A DNA stretch of 35,055 bases from a virus. Taxonomy: Duplodnaviria > Caudoviricetes. Within the stretch, counting starts at the first letter, position 1. Every line of letters begins with the position of its first letter. The notes beneath the pieces were generated by a model that was not told where the DNA came from, did no database searches, and worked only from the letters and a program-made list of their open reading frames with translations. The position numbers and the translations under genes are program-made. The stretch covers positions 1 to 35,055 of IMG/VR virus record IMGVR_UViG_3300037458_000426; one strand, written 5' to 3'. This document shows positions 32,464 to 35,055 of this stretch, piece after piece.

Positions 32464-32718
32464 ATGGTAGTAGGACACAGACATACAACATTAACAGACG
32501 TCGCAGTATTCCTAGCATTCGCTCCCATCTTCGCCGCAGTGTGGATATGGGACAAGGCAACAACCCGAAAGGCAAAGGCTCCAGAGCCGAAAGTGAAGCC
32601 CAAGGCGAAAAAGGCGAAAGCCAAACCAAGGGCGCCAAGAAAGCCCAAGGCACCGGAGCCTAAGCCAATGCCCGGGACAATCTGCGAAAAGTGCCAAGCT
32701 CATATGACAGTCCACTAA
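32464..32718 (+). CDS. Membrane-anchored K/P/A-rich protein
   Basis: AAAGGA RBS; one TM segment, KAKAPEPK-type repeats, CxxC end; followed by a terminator. Confidence 0.6.
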   Translation: MVVGHRHTTLTDVAVFLAFAPIFAAVWIWDKATTRKAKAPEPKVKPKAKKAKAKPRAPRKPKAPEPKPMPGTICEKCQAHMTVH

Positions 32719-32723
32719 CCAAG

Positions 32724-32754
32724 GCGGGGGCAGCGATGCCCCCGCTATTTTTTT
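32724..32754 (+). terminator. Rho-independent terminator
   Basis: GCGGGGGCA-GCGA-TGCCCCCGC followed by TATTTTTTT. Confidence 0.85.
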
Positions 32755-32951
32755 GTGCCCAATCCCAGACCATAGCAGGAGGTGACCCTCGGCCGGGTTT
32801 CGCTGCCTTTGCGCGCGCGCACGCGCGCGTGCGGGTGGCCGCACCTGGCCGCGTGTGCCTGGCCGCCGCGGCTCCAGTGCTGCCCTCGGCTGCCTTTCGC
32901 TGCCTTCTGATGCTCCCACGTTGCACCCCGTGTGCAGCGCGGCAGCCTCAG

Positions 32952-32967
32952 ATCACGCAATCGTGAA
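32952..32967. promoter_or_regulatory. TCAC-N6-GTGA site upstream of the 33025 gene
   Basis: ATCACGCAATCGTGAA, within a larger CCTCA...TGAGG inverted repeat. Confidence 0.55.
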
Positions 32968-33024
32968 TTGAGGACTGGCCAGTAATGGCGTATTTACAAA
33001 GCGTCTTCAGAAAAGGGAACGCTA

Positions 33025-33393
33025 ATGCCTTACATCTACAGCATGCAAGAGATGCCCGCGTCTCATCCGGCTATTCGCAAGCTTATCGCTGCGACTTTCC
33101 CGGATTATCGGCGCCGCAAGGTGATGATATGGGCCCGGAGCAATGTCACGCTTTCCGGGCTTAACTGGGACGGCGGCTCTCGCTCGGAATATGCGGGGTG
33201 TACGCTAGATGGGCAGCCGACAGGTAATGCCTCTCGCTTCCATCGCTTCCACCCTGCCGACAATCCGGGAGAGGGTAGAACTATCGCGGTGCCTACGGGT
33301 TGCGCGCTAGTGCAAGGCGGTACCTACTGCGGCCGTCCTGCTACCCTCTACATCTACGTCAACCCGGAAGACATGCCGCGCCTAATCTCTTGA
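33025..33393 (+). CDS. Conserved-type phage hypothetical protein
   Basis: FPDY..RK...WDGGSR..Y...G.YCG....L.IYV.P motif; AAGGGA RBS. Confidence 0.7.
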   Translation: MPYIYSMQEMPASHPAIRKLIAATFPDYRRRKVMIWARSNVTLSGLNWDGGSRSEYAGCTLDGQPTGNASRFHRFHPADNPGEGRTIAVPTGCALVQGGTYCGRPATLYIYVNPEDMPRLIS

Positions 33394-33440
33394 CATATCG
33401 CAAGCATGCCCGCGCCTACATGGCGCGGGCCTCTAGCGTA

Positions 33441-33501
33441 ACGGCTAGCTGCCGTCGGCGGCTATCCCCTGCGCTAGCAGGATAACAACGGAGTGAAATG
33501 C
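33441..33501 (+). ncRNA. Structured cis-RNA leader, copy C
   Basis: P1 TAGCTGCC/GGCGGCTA, TCC linker, P2 CCTGC-GCTA-GCAGG, then AT and a GGAG SD. Confidence 0.65.
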
Positions 33502-33801
33502 ATGAACAAGCTTCACTTTGACGGCGCCGACTTCGCCGTGTCTGCCTCGGAGCTATCAGACAACCTTCGCGCGGCGCTCATGGATTGCGGCGCGCCGGGA
33601 GATGCTCAAGAGGCGGTCGATTATGTCCGGGAAGCCTTCACCATCTCCGGCAACCCGGAAGCGTGCGCCGCATACCTGAAAGGTTATGGGGCGTGGGATG
33701 CCGAGGAATTGGCGGACCATGATCGCAACCTAGACCGCCTTGTCTGGCTGGCTGGCTGTGACCTTCGCGAGCAGGGTGAGATTTACTTCTGCACTTACTA
33801 A
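33502..33801 (+). CDS. Conserved-type phage hypothetical protein
   Basis: Start at ATG 33502; L..YGAWD.EEL.DH..NL.R..W.A motif. Confidence 0.7.
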   Translation: MNKLHFDGADFAVSASELSDNLRAALMDCGAPGDAQEAVDYVREAFTISGNPEACAAYLKGYGAWDAEELADHDRNLDRLVWLAGCDLREQGEIYFCTY

Positions 33802-33815
33802 CGAGCCTAGCTCAT

Positions 33816-33878
33816 TGGGCGCCCTCGCGGCGCCCTTTGACCTGCGCTTGCAGGGTAGCAAAAGAGAAAGGTGCTGCA
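33816..33878 (+). ncRNA. Structured cis-RNA leader, copy D
   Basis: P1 GGGCGCC/GGCGCCC, P2 CCTGC-GCTT-GCAGG, SD in the loop of a GTAGCA/TGCTGC stem. Confidence 0.6.
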
Positions 33879-34157
33879 ATGTCTTATAACGGTTGGACGA
33901 ATTGGGCCACATGGCAGATTAACCTGTGGCTCGATAGTGAGGAGCCGCTCTATCGGGAAAAGCAACGCTATCTGCGGCGGGCCTCGGATGAGATTGACGC
34001 TAAGGAGGCAGAGGCTTGGTGCCGAGCCGCCTTTATGTGTCACTTTGATCGGCCCTTCACTCCCGATATGACGCGAGCCGATCTCATGGCAGTGAATTGG
34101 CAAGAGATTGCCGATCATCTCAACGAGGAGGCGGCCGAATATGCTGATCCTCGCTGA
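33879..34157 (+). CDS. Early phage protein of the YNGW.N..TW family
   Basis: MSYNGWTNWATW.INLWL.....Y...VNW.EIA; GAAAGG RBS. Confidence 0.75.
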   Translation: MSYNGWTNWATWQINLWLDSEEPLYREKQRYLRRASDEIDAKEAEAWCRAAFMCHFDRPFTPDMTRADLMAVNWQEIADHLNEEAAEYADPR

Positions 34158-34347
34158 AAGCAAAACCTTACGGGACCGCGTCCAGCAAGTGGATAAGGCC
34201 CTCGACGGTCTAAGTGCAGCTGAGGCGGGCCAAGTGCTCGCCTCGGCGCTCCTCGTCGCCTTTTCGTTTCAAGATGAGGAACGGGGTCACGCTTACTGGT
34301 GTGATGTTTTCTGCGCTCTCATGGATGTGAGGGTGCGGGATGAATAG
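34141..34347 (+). CDS. Hypothetical protein
   Basis: GAGGAGG RBS before ATG 34141; F.....E.GH.YW motif. Confidence 0.6.
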   Translation: MLILAESKTLRDRVQQVDKALDGLSAAEAGQVLASALLVAFSFQDEERGHAYWCDVFCALMDVRVRDE

Positions 34348-34543
34348 GACAATCATAATCGACGGCGAAGAGCGCCGCTTTCGGGACATCGGCGAACGAT
34401 GGCCCGGCTGGACAGCCTTGCTGATCTACGACGCGACGGGACGCCCAACCTCGGAACACAAGCTGCCGCATTGGTTCATGCGCACGGGTGGCACCATCGT
34501 AACAGGCGGACACACCTACACGCTTAGGAGGCGATATGACTGA
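34340..34543 (+). CDS. Hypothetical protein
   Basis: GAGGG RBS; overlapping tiling with neighbours. Confidence 0.6.
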   Translation: MNRTIIIDGEERRFRDIGERWPGWTALLIYDATGRPTSEHKLPHWFMRTGGTIVTGGHTYTLRRRYD

Positions 34544-34829
34544 CTACGTACATGAACACCTCGCGACCGCGCCCATGCGGGAAGGCATGCCAGTGCGAGG
34601 GGGGCTTGTCCTCCCGGGCGGAGGCCTCCTCAGCATTCAAGCGTCGCATTTTCACTATTGCTCGCCTCGCGACGATGCCGGGCCTTACACCTCAGTTGAG
34701 GTGATGGCCATCGATTGCGACGACATTCCAGAGGAGTGGAGCGAGTACGATGACGGAGGCGTTTATGGCTGGATACCTGTGGCCCTCGTCAACGCCTACA
34801 TCGCTTCGCGCATGGTGCGCCATGACTGA
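34536..34829 (+). CDS. Conserved-type phage hypothetical protein
   Basis: AGGAGG RBS; LSIQAS..HYCSPR....Y.SVEV...VYGW.P motif. Confidence 0.7.
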   Translation: MTDYVHEHLATAPMREGMPVRGGLVLPGGGLLSIQASHFHYCSPRDDAGPYTSVEVMAIDCDDIPEEWSEYDDGGVYGWIPVALVNAYIASRMVRHD

Positions 34830-34935
34830 GGCCCTCATCCTCGAATGGATTGGCCGCCTCACGGTCGCCTCGTGGCTGATCTTGTGCGGCTGGCTTCTGA
34901 CCTGCCTTGTAGATGGAGAAGACTATGAAGATTGA
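34822..34935 (+). CDS. Small membrane protein (37 aa)
   Basis: ATG 34822; one TM segment; overlapping tiling. Confidence 0.5.
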   Translation: MTEALILEWIGRLTVASWLILCGWLLTCLVDGEDYED

Positions 34936-35055
34936 CGATACGATACTGTTAGACCTCCGCCACCTTGGACGGGATTTGTCCGAGGCCGCGATCCTCGCCT
35001 TCTATCAGACTGACACAACGCACCATGACGAGCGTGTGCGAAAGCTGATGGCAGA
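34925..35055 (+). CDS. Hypothetical protein, partial
   Basis: GGAG RBS; MKIDDTILLDLRHLG... open to the window end. Confidence 0.55.
   Translation, partial: MKIDDTILLDLRHLGRDLSEAAILAFYQTDTTHHDERVRKLMA

Larger units (their letters stand above)
1..35055. mobile_element. Bacteriophage genome segment (myovirus, Mu/P2-like neck and baseplate)
   Basis: Contiguous terminase, portal, scaffold, capsid, neck, baseplate and fibre genes plus many small phage-type ORFs; no host housekeeping genes or integrase in the window. Confidence 0.97.

Noticed and set aside
32409-32663. Alternative-frame 84-aa ORF
   Set aside because: Overlaps 32464-32718, which has the RBS, a TM segment and ends at the terminator
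31524-33395. TTGACA hexamers at about 31524 and 33390 as sigma70 promoters
   Set aside because: No acceptable -10 at 16-18 bp spacing, so not called, although activator-dependent promoters remain possible
31575-33878. Leader hairpins as tRNAs, hammerhead ribozymes or intrinsic terminators
   Set aside because: No cloverleaf, T-loop or CCA; no CUGANGA/GAAA core; no U-tract after the stems
1-35055. Diversity-generating retroelement or invertible fibre cassette
   Set aside because: No reverse transcriptase, invertase or TR/VR pair visible; the Mtd-N-like gene is truncated by the window edge, so this cannot be excluded outside the window

Overview
This window is part of a tailed dsDNA phage genome, a contractile-tailed myovirus with Mu/P2-like neck and baseplate genes. 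A Usg-family gene suggests an alphaproteobacterial host. Bases 1-25155 form a minus-strand virion module: terS, terL, portal, an ~8 kb accessory fibre/decoration block with its own sigma70-like promoter, scaffold, major capsid protein, an antisense HNH, neck proteins, spike gpV with further accessory fibre genes, PAAR, gpW/J/I and fibre genes running off the left edge. Sheath, tube and tape measure are not in the window. Bases 25304-29928 hold small, mostly plus-strand genes including an HNH, a SpeD-like pyruvoyl decarboxylase and a ribbon-helix-helix/alphaCTD-like regulator. Bases 29930-31029 are non-coding and repeat-rich (16 GATC in ~450 bp, 45-bp iterons, palindromic operators), plausibly a genome end, pac site or origin. 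They are followed by an early-type region of small genes. The strongest novel signals are: (i) a two-hairpin RNA leader with compensatory base changes, in four copies plus one divergent copy, 20-24 nt before early-gene start codons; (ii) eight TCAC-N6-GTGA sites next to an RHH-type gene; (iii) two independent 'small beta subunit + beta-strand-repeat protein' pairs that may build length-templated fibres; (iv) several sub-60-aa ORFs missed by the ORF track that exactly tile gaps in the late operon. All family assignments are from motif recognition by eye; no database searches were run.
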